Below, piece after piece: positions 21,717 to 36,756 of a stretch of 64,000 bases of DNA; the stretch's first letter is position 1, and each line of letters starts with the position of its first letter. The stretch covers positions 4,092,001 to 4,156,000 of the forward strand of contig CM102283.1 of NCBI GenBank assembly GCA_046563655.1, read 5' to 3'. Both the position numbers and the translations under genes were made by a program. The notes under the pieces were generated by a model. That model was not told where the DNA came from. It did not search any database and was given only the letters and a program-made list of their open reading frames with translations. The DNA is from Yuukianura sp. NJ FZ-2021 (taxonomy: Eukaryota).

Positions 21717-24700
21717 GGTCAACAAATGAACAGCTTATCTAATTAATCTCCGGTTAATTAAAAGTCGACAAACACGACTATGTAATGTACACTCGCTCTT
21801 CCGGTTGGAGTCTGGGCGAATTAAACCCATCGTAACCACATGGTGTAATTTCCACTCATTGTACTAAGGTCGCGGTGATTTGATTACCAATAAGACGTCG
21901 ATATTTACACGTAAAATTTGGAACGTATTTATTAGGTTACATTCGTTTTAGCCATGCATTGTATCCATATGGCGGTTATAAATATGGCGTCGATGGTTAA
22001 ACTTTGTGGTTACGACGATCGTATTTCGCGTTCTGTCATCCCATGCTAGTTTGGTGTATTATATATCGGTCTCCACTAAAGCTCTGAAAACCAGATATGC
22101 ATGTGATGGGACTTGCCAATCGTTGGAAGCCGCAAGTGTGAACGAGATGAGTTTTGTGTAGACGCGGACTGCTGTGGACAGGACTTAAAATCTCCGTAAT
22201 AAGTCGTAGTTGATACTACCAAGGTTAACATTACCGTCAATTTGCTGTCATCTTTAGTGAATGGAATAACTGGAATATCGTAATCTTTGTACACTGATAG
22301 GATGAACGGCGTAGGTACGCATTCAATCATATGCGCATACAAAGCTTCTAAATATATCATTGCAAAGCTCCAATTTTGCCCAAGGAGCTTCAGGCGTATT
22401 TAGTGAAAGCTTCAGGCGTATTTTTGACTCAAAAATTGTTAGACGCTAAAGCTTGGAGGTCATTTCGAACATTTCCCCAATTTTTTGTAGGTTACTCTCT
22501 GACTTAGGTTAATACAGACCATAACAAAGTACTTCCCGCATGAAGGTGATAAAAACAGGCGTAATTTTTTACAGGTCTGCATTGCTCGGTCACTTCGTTT
22601 TCTGGACTTTAGAAGTAAATAATCTGGCAAAAAAAAAGCAACGCTTTGGGTTTTGGGTATCTTTGGGTAAAAAAAAAACTATTCCCCTCCAGACTTTCCG
22701 AAAACGGTTGAATCTCATCCAAACTTGCAATTCACCAATTCAAAGACGTTGTGCCAAGCAAACCCAAGAATATTTTTTTCTTGGTCAGAGACGTTTGTAA
22801 GTAACCACCTGTAGAAATTTAACTTAACACTTATTTTCGTTTAAATCAGTTGAACCTTTGCATGTCATTAGCAGGAGAGCTTATTGAATTTTTGTGCTTT
22901 CACTTTGATAGCGTTCCGTAGTGAAAGTAACATGGAACTAGAAAGTGGAGGTTCTCTCGTCGTCTCTGCTCAACTCCCTGGCTCATGGCTCAACTCAGCA
23001 GATGGGTTGAGTCGAGCAGAAGAGAGGAGAGATGACACGGGCGGTCAGTCGCAAACAACACACAGTCAGATCCACTACGTTTCCGTCGTCTCGTCATTTA
23101 GTGAACAACAGTGTTTCAGTAGCCACTCACACTCGCTACTTCCACGTATTCGACACAGCAACTGCCCTTTGACCTACTCAACACACTTCGTTCCAGCCAA
23201 ATTCTCCAAATGGAAGGTAACTTGCAACGTTCAATCACTAAAACTGTATAATCCGTAATCTCTTTCTTGGCGTACTACGTTCCGGAACTCAGAAAACTTA
23301 AGTTTAAGTAATTGGTGACTTCCACCGAAGGTCAACCAGACTACGGCCGGTCAACAATAAGGATACTTTGTGACAGTGAATTATTAGAAGCATAGTATTG
23401 GGAATAATAAGGTTAGTCAGCATTCATATACTTCATCAGAAGAGAGCTTGATGTTGGTTATTGGTTGACGAGGTCGGATGAGAATGAGATGAGAGCATTT
23501 CTTTTGTAAAAGGAACTGTCATTAGACATCAAAGTAAAAAGGAAGAGATGACATCGACATCTCCAGAACTCGAGAGTTTCGAGTCCATTACTTCCTTGAA
23601 AGAGGGAACACACAGAGTAGATCACAGACACACGTCGGTTTCGGTTTTACAAAGGTGGACGCTGGTCAGGAGGCGGATTCAATTCGTTTCAAAAGACGGA
23701 GAAAAGCTGTGGAGTTTTCTTCAGCATGAGAAAGTCTGAAGCGAATTCAATATCATTGCAGTCCCAGTACTGCTGAACTTGCATGATACAGTTGCTGGGT
23801 ATCATATTTTGTAAACCTATACGTTCAGAGGTGAATGAAGCCCTGATGCGACTGCGCACTGATCAGGTCATTTTGATTAGTTTTAACGTTCAACTTAAAA
23901 TGGCGGCGTGATTGTAATGCCGGATGCCAACTCAGGGAACTCATTATTTCCCAAGTCGTGTGCTACAGATTAGGTTGTGGTTTGGTTTGACAATGCCGAA
24001 TGTCAATTAGTGCAATTATCTTCCGAACCGACTTCTGTGTTTTAGGGTGGGACTTGTATGTTTTCAGGATGAGAGTTACAGTTTGAGAGTTGTGAAGTCA
24101 ATTAAAGATTCTTGTAGGAACCCGGACCAAGCAAATGAAGGGCTTTCATTAACTGGTTTAATGACTAGGAGTCTCTGCTGTCGTGTTCTGAGAGTGACAT
24201 GGGGAGGCCACAATCGTTATTTATTACGTATTCACCGGCGGTTTTGTGGTCGCTTGCTTTGTCCCCACTTGAGATTATGCAGGCCTTTGAATTTGTATGG
24301 GACAATGGAACGCGTTTGTCAATTTGTCATGTGGCGAATTATTGGATACCTCGGTTTCTGACTAGAAATGTTCCAGATTTTTGATTAAAGCGGCATTTGA
24401 CAAGGACACAATGACACACTACTGCAATGTCATCCGTTTGTTTGCTTTTGACAACACTCATTTTTACTTGCAGTCGTTTCGTTTGCTCTGTCGTCCTCGT
24501 CATCCTTTGTTTGTGTGGAAAGTCGTGCACTTCAATCGATTTAACTCAAGTTGCAAATTTCCATCTCATTGTTACAAATTTTTTGATTGCATTGTTTAAA
24601 CAAAGACAGGTCGAAGGAAGCGGAAGTCGGTACGGGATGGCTTAAACACTTTCGTTTGCATGACAAAATAACAATACACTCTTCATCCTTGTCTTTGTGC

Positions 24701-25712
24701 AGAATGCTTACTCGCGGAAAAAAAATCTTTACTAAAGTGCTAAAATTGACAATGGGTTTATCACTTGTTTTCTTGACCTTCATAAGTTGTGAATCTCGCC
24801 TAGAAGTTTGAATGCATTCACACTACCCTATTTAAAATAAGCCACATTATGGTTACGTCGCAGTCAGTCTGTCTGTCCGTTTCCTTCTTATTCTGTATGC
24901 AGTGTTTCGGTTACGCAATGGTGCTTTAAAGCAAAAACAGAGGTTAAACTTAAGCAAAAGAAGTAAACACAGGTTTTCATGTTGCTGTTTTTTTTAGTGT
25001 TTATTGTTTTAAAAATCACCAATTAATTTAGTTTTAAAAGTATTTAACGGGAAAGTAGTAGACTTTTGAGTAGAAGTTTTGCGAAAACAATCCTCCTTTT
25101 TTTTTAATCGAAAATCAAAGGTTAATGGTTTTGAAGTTGAGTGTAGTGTGGGTGTGCTACTTTCGGGAGATTAGGTTTTGGAAAAAATTGCAACGCAAGA
25201 GAAGACGGGATAATTTTCCTTTTCGTCGAAAGAATAAGAATGTGTTGTTAGATTGGAAATGTGTATTCCGCACGAGTGACGAGTGGAGTAAAGTGTGTTC
25301 TAAGTGATGAACTCTGATTGTTTGGATTGGATTATTAGGCTCTGGTTCAGGTTCTCGGTCGGATGCGTCGACAGACTGGGATATGTGATGTGAGCAACCA
25401 CGACGAGAGAGTGATGGCAATTAGCACGTGGAGAGCATGGCAGAGTCCGCAATCTCCGGTCGTTGCTTCCTTCTTCTTTTTTTGTAGGAATCCCTCATTC
25501 CTTTCTGGTTTGAGTCCAGGTCAGTTGGGGTCAAATCCTCAAATCCTGTTTGAGCCAACTATTCTCACGACCAATTTTCCAACTTGAAGAAGAAACAGGG
25601 AACAACCTAATGTGTTCAGTTGGAGGAATACATAGCATTACTGCGTCTGTACACAATACTTGAGAATCCCCTGTCCCACTGGCCCCATGTTTCACTTGTT
25701 TCTGGGACAGAT

Positions 25713-27134
25713 CTAGTACATGGTTTTATGATGTGTATTGGATTCGTGGGAACATTCAGTTTTTGCGATTTGTGGTCGGAGTGACCTTGTACGATGGCTT
25801 ACTACAACTCTGTCTGCTTCTTCGTCGGATTCAGATATCAATATGGGGATACTGTTGTCCATCTTCTCTCGAATCTCCCTTATGACATGGAAGCTAAGTA
25901 GTCCATTTGAGGGGATTAAAAAGTATCTGCTAGATTTAGCATCCATGTGTGGAGCATAATTTAACATGGCAAGAGCATGAGCCCAGCCCAAGCAAGCCAG
26001 TCTACCTGCTTAAGACTCTCAAACAAAAGTCAAATTAGATTTGTTGATTTTGTTGAATGCTGTTAAGGTTCAGAAGTTATTCGGAACATGATGCTTAAAG
26101 ATTCTTTTTAAAAGGGAAATCAGTCGTTTAAGAAAGTGTTGGCAAGTTTTTGATGTTGAGGAAGAATGTTAGCGGTGTTAGTGAACTGTGGGGGTTGAGC
26201 TGGTGATGTTATTGTTTGCGTTCTTCCTGGAAGGGCTCCATTGTTTTGCCAACTTCATTTGAAGGTAGTGCATGCTTGTCAGAATAAGAACAATGGTTTT
26301 GCGATGAGGAGGAGGATGAGGGAGATCAAGAACACTATCTTGTACTAGCGGCACAATTGGCCATTCCACGTCCTCAGTTATGAACTTGGCAGTGAACCAC
26401 TTTGAGTTGTGTAGTAAGTGTCGCTCAACTTTGTCATTCATTTTCCGTCAATTTGCTACAAATACTCTGGTTGTAGAAGAGTCTTGACTGGTTTCTGCGC
26501 ATGTCCAGTGCAAATTGCAGTTTTAGTGAATTCGATGACAAAGAGATTACCTTGGTAAAGTAAGTTTTGGAGGTGAGTAAAGAATTGCAGAGTTTTGTAA
26601 TCATAATCCTACATAATCTGTATGAGTCGCGTTTTGGTCCATTTGATTTGTCACATGTTCCATAGTCAAAACACATCGCAGTGTACCACTTAATGTGATT
26701 TGCAGTAATTTGGCTGTTTTGTGATTGTGAGGACAAAGATTCGAGCCAAGGTCACCTCTTTTCCACTTTCACTGCACTCTGAATGAGTGGGCCTCAGCGG
26801 AAGTGAGGCAGTTCTGTCGGATTACTTTGTTCGAGAGGTTGACTTTGCTACGATTAGTTTCTAGTTTAGTCTGCTCCAAACTGCCCACCCTCTGCTTCTA
26901 CAGGAAGTCACTTTTTGGTGTTGCAATTTTAGATATTTCGGACTTTTGGTATTTCTCAGTTGACTTTTGGCATTTGGTGTGAGAGGTCACGAAGCTACTT
27001 GGTGAAAGGAAACCGGAGGCTCCGTCCGGCGTGCCTAGCATCCAATTTATCATTCTCCGATTGTAGTCCACGGAGGAAACACCTCCCAGTGAAAGTTCAT
27101 TTGCGAAGACGCTCTTGTTGACTCTGAGCAGCAT
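25713..27134 (-). pseudogene. Possible degenerate intronless coding relic of unknown origin
   Basis: Four co-oriented minus-strand ORFs (26898-27134, 26434-26736, 26178-26441, 25713-25991), two of them overlapping like a frameshift; no domain recognised. Confidence 0.25.
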
Positions 27135-29013
27135 TTGTCAACTGCCACTTTCACGCCTTAAGTCCCTCACTTCATTGTCACAACGCACTCTCCCGCCACT
27201 AGTCCGTGTCTTTAAATGAAAAAAATACTATAGAAACAGGTAAAAAGCTTTTTGGTATTTGTCTTCTTGTATGTCAAGGAATCGGACATCCCCGTGTCTC
27301 ATTTTTTGCAATAACACCCAAGTACTTAAGTGTACTACTGTACATTGTGTGCTTTCAAAAGTCAGTCATCCTAGGAAATGTCACTTTCAAACTGAAAAAT
27401 CGGGCAGAATTTTTTTTTTTTGAAAATTTTTCGGCAGTAGGATGAGATGAGCAATTTTTGATGGTTTTTGAAGTCACTTGGGATTTCAGGGCACGTCAGA
27501 GAAGCTTGCGCTTGAGCATAATGCCCATGTAGAAAAACGAATCGTGCCGTTCTCAATTTCCAGCGGAATCTAATTTCTTTGAATTTGGCGCCTCTTTGCT
27601 CAAGTCGAGGATGGAATTTTTGATTGGGTTTAAGGAGGACCCGGTGAATGAAATTGGGTACAGGCTGTGTACAGTAGTATGTTGAATCTTCTACCCCCAA
27701 ACTTGGTCCCTTTTTGTGTCTACTGGACTAGACAGTGTGAGAATTTTCCGGAGGAGGAAGACTTGAGAGTGTTTGTCTGGTCCAGTATGCAGAACAGTCG
27801 CTTTAGAAATGGTTGTGTCGAGTATTTTAGACACTCCAAAAAGAAAAAGAAAAAAAAAGACCTTCTCACTGGGATTCGATCTACTGTCCAGCATCGCTGC
27901 ACTAATTTTTTGTTACACCCACTATCCACCTTACCATATCCTAGTTTTTGTTGAACTACTACTTAAATCTGTTTAATCTTTATGTCATGTATTCGTTATT
28001 CACTTTCTTTTATTTAACATCACTTACACCCACAATTCATGCATTCGTTAATCTTAAGTTTTCAATCTTATATTTCCACATTTCAATTTGATCAATCTGT
28101 TATACTATTAATGGGCGATTCATGGATTCGGTTAACTTATCATAATAGGTTATTTAAGATTTGGCTGCAAATCAATGACCTCAAAATTACCCCTCACATT
28201 TTCTTTTGATGCAATAGCTCAAAATTCTGAAGACTGTCAAAAAGTTCAAAATTTTGAAATTCTATGGAATCTGAGACGTAATTTTTCAACTTGAACTTAT
28301 ACGTCCCGTTTAGGTGATTTTTCGTGTAATTAAGTTAAAGTCTGGGAAAAACTACTTCAGTGGGAAGTTTTTGAATTTGATGATATTTTTTTTTGTAAAA
28401 TCGTTATGGACCCCTGATGTCAAAGAAAATCCGCCTTTTTAAAAAAAAAATTATTCTTCCCTCAAAGATCTGTTAGGAAAGTTATTGGACGGATTTTGAT
28501 GAAAATCAGTTTATGTTTATGTTTCAGGACTAGAATCTTAATATAATTTTTCACTATACTTGGCCACCTAACCAAACATAAACATAAATTGACAAATCTC
28601 TTCATATTCGCATTGAGTACAGTGAAATTAATGTAGAACTCATTTTAATCACTATATTCGGACGATAAAAAGAAATCTTTTTGACAAAATTTAGGCGGAA
28701 AATGGGAATGGATTTTTGTTTGTTTTCTTTTGGTATTATGAGCTCGGTAGGGCCTTCGCGACAAAAATTCATCAAAGTCAAAAAAATTGCACCGAATAAG
28801 GTATTTCCCCGGTTATAATTCCATTGCTCTTTTTCCGAAAACTCACCCAAGGTGGATATTTAAAACTGTATGACAGTATTTAAAAATTTTGAACTTCTTA
28901 ACCGTTTCCAGCACTCTGCTCCGAACTCATTGGAGGTTATTTTGTGTGACCTGTCAATTTGCAGGGAAGTCAGCCAAATTTTCGAAATGGATCTTCTTTT
29001 TTTCAAATTAAAT

Positions 29014-29390
29014 CAGGGTTCGCCAAATGTTAGAAACGTCGTTTCTAACGTTAGAAACGTTGCTAGAAACAGCCATGAAAAAACGCGCGTTTTTTTTTTA
29101 TTCAAATTTTGATATATAAAAATTGACTTCGACAATTTTTCAAAGTGAAAACGGAAATTGATTAAGTGAAAACAAATGACAACGGAAGACGTCGGCAAAC
29201 AGTCGCTTACTCTCGCTCGATTTTCCGTTGATTTTGATTGTTTTAGTCAACTAATCAACGATACCTCGTCAAAAAACCCAATGTGGAGTAAGTTTGAGCG
29301 TGAAGTTCTTTTTCGCGTCTCTAAACTTTTCTAACAAATCTAACGTTTCTAACGTTATTTTCGGAAAATAACGTTTTTTTGCGAACCCTG
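29014..29390. mobile_element. hAT-type MITE, family C (377 bp)
   Basis: TIR CAGGGTTCGC / GCGAACCCTG; 8-bp TSD AATTAAAT (29006-29013, 29391-29398); subterminal TAACGTT/AAACGT repeats. Confidence 0.88.
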
Positions 29391-32300
29391 AATTAAATTA
29401 ACAATTCAAATAGGTTTAACAATAAATTTGCAATAAAATTTGAAATTTATTGTTGAACCTATACCCAGTATAACAGTTGAAAACATTTTAAGCCTTCCAA
29501 ATGATACGCGGATGATGGGTTAAAGTTAAGTTAAAGATTTGGAGTACCGGACTTGACACAATGCATTGCATATTCTACATACGTAATTGTTTACAGGATG
29601 GAATGCATTCTTTTCTGTGCCGAATTCATGTCTACTGGAGTTCGAAAAATAGTAGGAGACCCACATCTTGTCCAGATGTTTAGGCACAGGTCAACCGACA
29701 CGAACCAATCTACACACGCTACGTCTAGTTAGAGGAGAGAGAGTTCACTAGACATGAATTCGGCCTAAAATAAAACACCGGGGAAGTTGGTATGGGAAAC
29801 ACAGACTTCGAATGTGGAAGGAAATTGGAATGATGGGAATTTTGCGATCAAGGAATTGGCGAATTCCGTTGGTATTTGACATCTTCCTCTCTGCTAAATG
29901 ATTTTCCCAAACCCATAAATTCGTTGCGCAGTGGCCTCGCAGGAGCCAACCTTCCTCGTCTTTTTTTTGGCAAAATTGAGAAAAGTTCTGCTCAGATGAT
30001 CTCAAGGAATTTGACACGGCCGTTGCCAATTTGAAACATTTTTGGAAAGACAACCTAAGATTAGTTTATGCTCTTGATTTGTATCTTTGGAAAAATCTCT
30101 TGACGTGGAACTTTTGAAAATGGAGATTCTGCTGGATGGTGGAGGATGTTTGGATCAATTAGGTCGATTGTTTTTATCTCTTTTCGTTTTTGTTCTGCTG
30201 AACTAGGCAAAGTGTTTGATTTGAATTTTGTAGAGTTTGACAGAGAGAAGTCCAGGGTTTAAGTTAGAGTCGATTAGTGTTATCCCTTGTGCCAAAGTTT
30301 GTGTTGCTGGACCTTGGTTTTTAGCAAAGACTTTGTTGGCAAAGTGTGAACGACCTCGCCCTGCCTCCCCACCTTCCTTTCTGCAATCGTGCAAAATAAT
30401 GCGAAAAGAGGAAAAGTGGTTTTAAGGAGATTATTACCGTATTTCCTCGCCTATGCTGAGCATACTCGTAAAATATGCAATCTCCTCCCATCAATATGAA
30501 ATCACTCCAATATGAAATCATGCGAATAGCTAAAGTTTATGTTAAGAATGCAATATTTAAATGCAATTTCAACTTTTTCCTTTTGTTAACGGTTAAATTT
30601 ATTAAACTTTCTTTTTAAACTTACGTTCGCTTGTGATGAAACCATTAGCAATTCACTTGATTTAAAATTCTGAACCAATTCCGTAGCACTCGACTGTCAA
30701 TTTTCGGAATTTTTAGACCCACCCCACCTAAAAGCATTGACAAATGAATGTGGTAACCAAATCTCCTGCTACCAAATGATGGAATTTCATGAAGCGAAAT
30801 CTGCTTTCAATTTGGTTTAGATTTGTGATTTATTTGACGGATTTGATGAATTGATAATTAGTAGATTAAAACAGTTTAGAGAAGTTTATGACGTTTTCAA
30901 ATAATTCATATTACGTGATTTATTAACAAAATAATTCGGTTTTCAGGCGAAACATTGTTTTTCTAAAATTGGTAAACTCTTCTAGGATACTGTGCGCATT
31001 ATTAGGAAGGAAATACGGTAGTAGTGGAAGGAGAATTGGGATTTGGTTGGATGCTTAGCTCATCCGCGGGGCTTTGCGGGATTTGGAAACGCAGAGACCA
31101 TGGCACTCATTCGCCTTTAAACTCATTCATTCCCATCAACATTTTATTTTTGCAAATCAACCAATTTTTGTGCTGACTGCTCACTTGGAAACTTTCCTCT
31201 GCTCCTATCCTATAACACAACCTAACCTTCATCCAACGACCCACACGTCAGCTTCTTTTAAAATCCTTTTAGTAGTTGTCAACGATTCGTTTTTCGTCAC
31301 CTTGGATTTTCGTGGACAGTGAAAGATGCGTCGGAGACTTGGCAATTTGGCTATAACTTCGAGGCACCAAATCTTCGTATGAGTAATTCGTTTTTTTTTC
31401 TTCTGTGAACTGTTGCCGTTTTTTTCGTCCCTAATTTATTAATATTTTACTATTTTTTATTATATATTTTTAAAGTCTGAAATATGATGGGTTTGTGGCT
31501 TGAACAAAGTTGAAATGAGGAACTGGAAATGTGTTTAAATGTGTTTAGAGTGCTGAATTGGGTTGTGCAGATCGTGTTTGTGGGTGAAGCCATAAATAGC
31601 TGCTACTCTCCAGAGACATCTCAATACTTTTGATAGGCTTCTGTGATCTTTAGTCCTGTGGGATACAGATACTGGGATCATCCGTTTCTTGGCTCTGCTG
31701 CATTTGGCAAAACTACATTTATATTTAAAATATCTCAGTCGTATTTAGGCTGTTGAGGCTTCCTCCCACTTCTACACTCCTCAATTCACATCTTATGTTT
31801 TCAGCACAAGTAGTTGTTCTGTCAGTTCGTCCAGTGTCTGTCTCCTTGTGAGAGCCAACAGTTGTCATACTAATTTGTGTGGTGAATGCTAATTCCATCT
31901 GATTCTGCTCATAAGTGGTGGTGAGACACTTGATTTTGCTTAGAATTCCCCTGTAGCGTCGGGGAAGGTGAATTCGAGGAAAGCAAAGAACTGCTGCGTA
32001 AAAGCGCACTTTCTCCTCCAGTTCCAGCAACTTTGTTCACATGAAAGTGAATTTGAAGAGCACTTGGACGAACAGAGTAAATTGAAAAACGTCTTTGAAC
32101 AAGAGAGCACGTAATTAAGGGATTAGGCCGCCCTTTTCTTGTCCTTTGAGAACTCTAGTACAAAAGCCTCAAAGTTTTTTAGTTTTGTTCAAGAAAGAGG
32201 ATTAAGTGATTTCGGTTTTGGTAGAGTGCAGACGCACGCGTTGAATTTCATCAAAGTCGACGCTTGCGCTGAACCTGAATCGGATGTGAGATTTGCTAAT

Positions 32301-33057
32301 CTTAAGCATTGCGCAGTCGCCTGAGTTGATTTGGATTTAGAATCACGAAATTGAGGGCATTAGACTATGGTGATAGAGGTTAAACTTTCGGAGAAAAGGC
32401 GACGACGGGAGAAAGCATGGTTGGATTGCGTGTGGACTAATTGTGAGTCCATTGCTAATTCAGTGCGAATTAGTCGCATGTCTTTTGTGTAACTTCCTAA
32501 AAGGACAGTGGGTTCGTGTCACCACTCCTCGTTTTCTAAATAATTTGAGTTGTCAGGAACGTCTTTTGGAGGAGTGGAAGAGAAAGCGGGAAAGTTTGAA
32601 ATGTTGATGGAGATTGGATCCGGGAGAGTGATCGTGTCATTTGGAGGAGACAGGCACAATGGGTTACATTTCAGTCGCAGTTTCAATTCCAATGGATCTG
32701 TTGTGCTTCCTGCCAAAGCGACGTTTCAAGCGTCCAATCAGACGCTTGACGTCTTTTCAAAAATTGAAATCGCGCGCTTGATAACACACCTTTAAAATCC
32801 TAGATTTTTTCTTCTGTCGTAACGAAAAGTCTTACTGACGTCAAGTTAGAGAAAAGTTGCGTTGAACGAAATAAGCGTCGAAGTAAGAGGAAGGAATGGA
32901 TAATGTGATTTTGTTATACAGAGTGAGTGGCAGGAATGAATTGAAGGAGAAAGTCTTCAGCGATGGAGAAGATGAGAAGTGAAATTAGGGATTAATTGAG
33001 TTAGAAGATTGAATTTGTGATTGATTGCAGGATGCTGAGTGCTAGTGGCTGTAGGAG

Positions 33058-36000
33058 ATGAAGTGGAAAGAGCGCGTGGGGCTGGCCCTGTCGGGTGCGC
33101 TCATTTGCCTCACGCTTCTTCTCATCTTGGACGTCCACTACCGAATTCGGAATGGACAGCTCAGTCCAGTGTCGGATTTTGACACACTTCCCACAGACAG
33201 TACGCCGGCAGCAGTTCAGGATGCTGGTGGGGAGGTGGGGCATGCAGTGGCGCACGGACCGGGAGGAGACACAGCAGAGAATCAGTATGCAAACAGTAAA
33301 CTGACGAATGGAGCTAGATTGGGCCTTGAAGGTACGCGCAATGAGCGGGAAACGGATGGAATTGACGTGAAGCATGACAAAGTTAAATATGTTGCACCCA
33401 ACAACCTCTCAGAAATTTTCAGTCAACCGTAAGTTCAACCCAAACGAAATTTCAGGAACTTGTAACTCATAAAATTTATTAATCCAACTGAAATTTGATA
33501 CTTATGATCTTTGTTAGATTGACATTGAATGAGGTGGAGAAGGTGGATGTGTTTGAAGACTTGGAGGCCATGCTGGATCCGAAAGGGAAAGGCTACGTGA
33601 TTCTGGATGGTGTTGAGAAGGACAATCCAAGTGTAGGCGACATGCTTCAGATTGACACCAAGTGAGTGTTTGCTCTGCTGTTGCTAGGCAACCGTTTAAT
33701 TCCCTAATGCGCTCATTACTAATACTAATACTCACTATGCCCCACTTTTTTTAAATTCGGTCAAAACCAATCTCCAAATTGACACCGTGTTCCTGCACGT
33801 TTCTACTTAATCCATGTTTGATGTTTGACAGAGGAAGCCTTTCAAACCTACTTCAAGTTGAGCAATCCACTCAACTCGATTGTACAAACTTATACTTGAA
33901 GCAGAGTTCCATTTTGGGTGCCACTTTATTTGCCATTTCGGGAGTGGCGCCGATTTGGAAAAATGAATCTCTGTTTTAAGGTGCCTGGAGGAAACATAAA
34001 TCATCCACCATCTGGTTTCTGCAGAGTCGTTTTGATTATGAATTGATTTAAAAGTTTCCGCTTCTAGTCGTTGGGAAGAGAGAAAGTGGGAATTTGAAAT
34101 GCTGGGGAGTCATCTTGACTTTCTCCAACTTTGGCTTCTTTTTCTTCCATGCAAAGTTTTTCCGTTTCTACGAGGATTTATGACGCCTCTGCCTTTTTTT
34201 TCTTCGGTGGCTTGATTAGAAAAGTTTCGTTTCCCAGTTGTTGGCCAAAAATCAGAAGATGGATTTTTGGTCTGGAGGCGTACAGGCTTGTCTCCCATTT
34301 TGGTGGATGGGCACAGTGAATTCACTTTTAACAAGAATCTTTCTCTGAGAGTAGTGGCTAGTGGAGACAGATGAACTGCGTTTACGCTAATGAAATTAAT
34401 TAAAACCGAAAACCGGTTCAGTAACTTTGGAGCTCCAGGAACAAGGGTTTCAAAAGAAAGGCAGACAACTTCTGGTACAAGTTACACTGTGGAACATTTC
34501 TGTAAGGAGTGTTTCCATTGTTAGAGACTAATTTACCCAGTTTCGGTCACTTTTTGGGATTTTCGCTCTGAACGATCTGACCGAAATATTCAAGTATGCG
34601 TACCCGTTGTGTGCGGTATTTGGCCACGCCTCCAAAGTTGTCGAGTCTACCGCGCCTAGTATACGGCTAAATTAAGTTTCGGTCATTTCGGTCGACAGCA
34701 ATTTGCGAGATTTGAAATGTCCAACAAACGGTTTCAGTCCCTTTTTACGGATGACCGAAATTTCCAATGTCCGAAATTGCGAAAAACACTTGTCTTTTTT
34801 GTAATTTTTCAAAGTAGTTTTTTATGGAAGAATGGACTTGACTCGAAACCTACGGCGTTGACCTGTCCATCCGTCTATCGGTATCGTCCGAAAGTGTCGT
34901 CAAGGTCGAACAGAGACTCCGGTCTTTTACACTAACCATTCTGCTAGAAATTCAAAGTAAAATTGTTGATGCAGGGTCTTTTACCTGCACGAATCGTGCT
35001 CGAACATGAGTTTGCATTCATTCAACAACGAACTTCATGGAAATGTGGACGCACTTGCTATGAGTGTATTAGTGCCTAGAATTGAAGCAGTTGATTAATG
35101 GATGGCGATGGTATGCATTTTGAGACACACTAAAAATGCTAAAGAGTCTTTTCTTTTGACAGCGCCAAGCCGAATCTGACGAGCTTCGAAAAGTTCCAAC
35201 TGCTCATTCGAAAGCAGAGCATGTACCAGGAGAGCGATGGGATTCTAGAGGATTTACTGCATGCCATGGCCACTGAGGAAATTGTGCATTTGGAACAGAA
35301 GGAGGGTGGGACACAGTTGAAGCTGATCATGGATTACGAGTCTAGTGGACAAGCCATGTTCAAACCCATGAGGTCAGAGGTCAAACCTTACAAATGATGA
35401 CTCGAATCAGAGAAATGACTTATGAATCTTCGTCAGACAATGACATTTCATTGTTTTGGTTTTCAGATTCGGTCGAGAGCAGGAAACGCTCCCAAACCAC
35501 TTTTACTTCACCGACTTTGAGCGCCATAATGCCGAAATTGCAGCCTTCCACTTGGACCGAGTCATCGGTTTCTATCGGTAACTTAAAAAAAAGCTGTTTG
35601 TGCGTACAAGACTGGATTTGCTTCAAGCTAATTAAAATATCGCAGTAATTGCAAAATTTGTGTTGGTTTTTGTACAGTGCGCCCCCTGTTTCTGGTCGTC
35701 TGCTGAATATTTCGTCCGAAATTTACCCCTTGGCGGAGGGTCAACTGCTCCATACGTTCTTTGTGTCGCCCGCAGGAAACATTTGCTTCCACGGAAAGTG
35801 TTCCTACTACTGCGACACCTCACACGCCATTTGTGGGAAGCCGGATATGCTAGAGGGGTCATTGGCTGCTTTCCTTCCTCCAAAAGGTGACTTGAGCAAT
35901 TTAAGGTCTACCAAATTCCACTGTGTTCATGGTTTGAATTTGAATTTGTTACAGAGGCAGCTTCCAGGAAAGTGTGGAGGCATCCCTGGCGACGATCATA

Positions 36001-36756
36001 TCACAAACGACGAAAGGCTCAGTGGGAAGCGGATGCTGACTACTGTGATATAATTCGCTCCACTCCACCTTACGACAGGGGCAGGAGACTCCTTGACATT
36101 GTGGTAATTCAAATTCTTACAGGAAGGATAGACTTTAATTGAATATAGACTTTAATGTAACAAGGAATCGAACAAGATGATTTCCCGAGACGGAAAAAAT
36201 CCAAAGGGCTAAAAATTGGGCCTTCAATGTCTGAATTTCAATTTGCAGGATATGGCTATTCTTGATTTTTTGATGGGAAACATGGACAGACATCATTACG
36301 AAACTTTTAAAATGTATGGAAACGACACTTTTTTAATTCACTTGGATCACGGAAGAGCATTCGGGCGAGCGAAACATGACGAAGTGTCTATTCTTGCCCC
36401 ACTCTATCAGTGCTGTATCATCAGGAAGTCCACTTTGGACAAACTGCTAAGGTTTGCAATCAATTTCATGAAATTGTAGTAACAAGTTAAGCTGGAGTTA
36501 AATACCTAAGTTAAATATTATATTTCATTGTTGCAGGTTTCACAAAGGACCTGTTCACTTAAGTGAGGCGCTGCGAAAATCACTAAACAAGGACCCCTTG
36601 GATCCCATCTTACTGGAACCTCATCTCGTTGCTTTGGACAGGAGGACGCAGACGATTCTGCAGACAGTACGTCACTGTGTTCAGCAACGTAAAGAAGCGG
36701 GAACGGGAAGCGGAGAGCCAGGGTTGGACGAAATTATTATTGACGATGGTTTTTGA
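33058..36756 (+). CDS. FAM20C: FAM20C-like secretory-pathway (Golgi casein) kinase, 7 coding exons
   Basis: Exons approx. 33058-33428, 35163-35372, 35467-35577, 35678-35886, 35955-36103, 36249-36451, 36537-36756. N-terminal signal anchor; [76 protein letters not shown]. Confidence 0.92.

Noticed and set aside
22884-23258. 124-aa ORF and possible upstream non-coding exon of FAM20C (donor near 23217)
   Set aside because: No protein similarity recognised; promoter and UTR exon assignment needs transcript data.
27200-29600. AT-rich repeat-like sequence surrounding hAT MITE C
   Set aside because: Looks TE-derived, but I could not identify matching termini or TSDs.
34535-34940. TTTCGGTC/GACCGAAA motif cluster in the first coding intron of FAM20C
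   Set aside because: Probably a decayed MITE; no defensible TIR/TSD boundaries.
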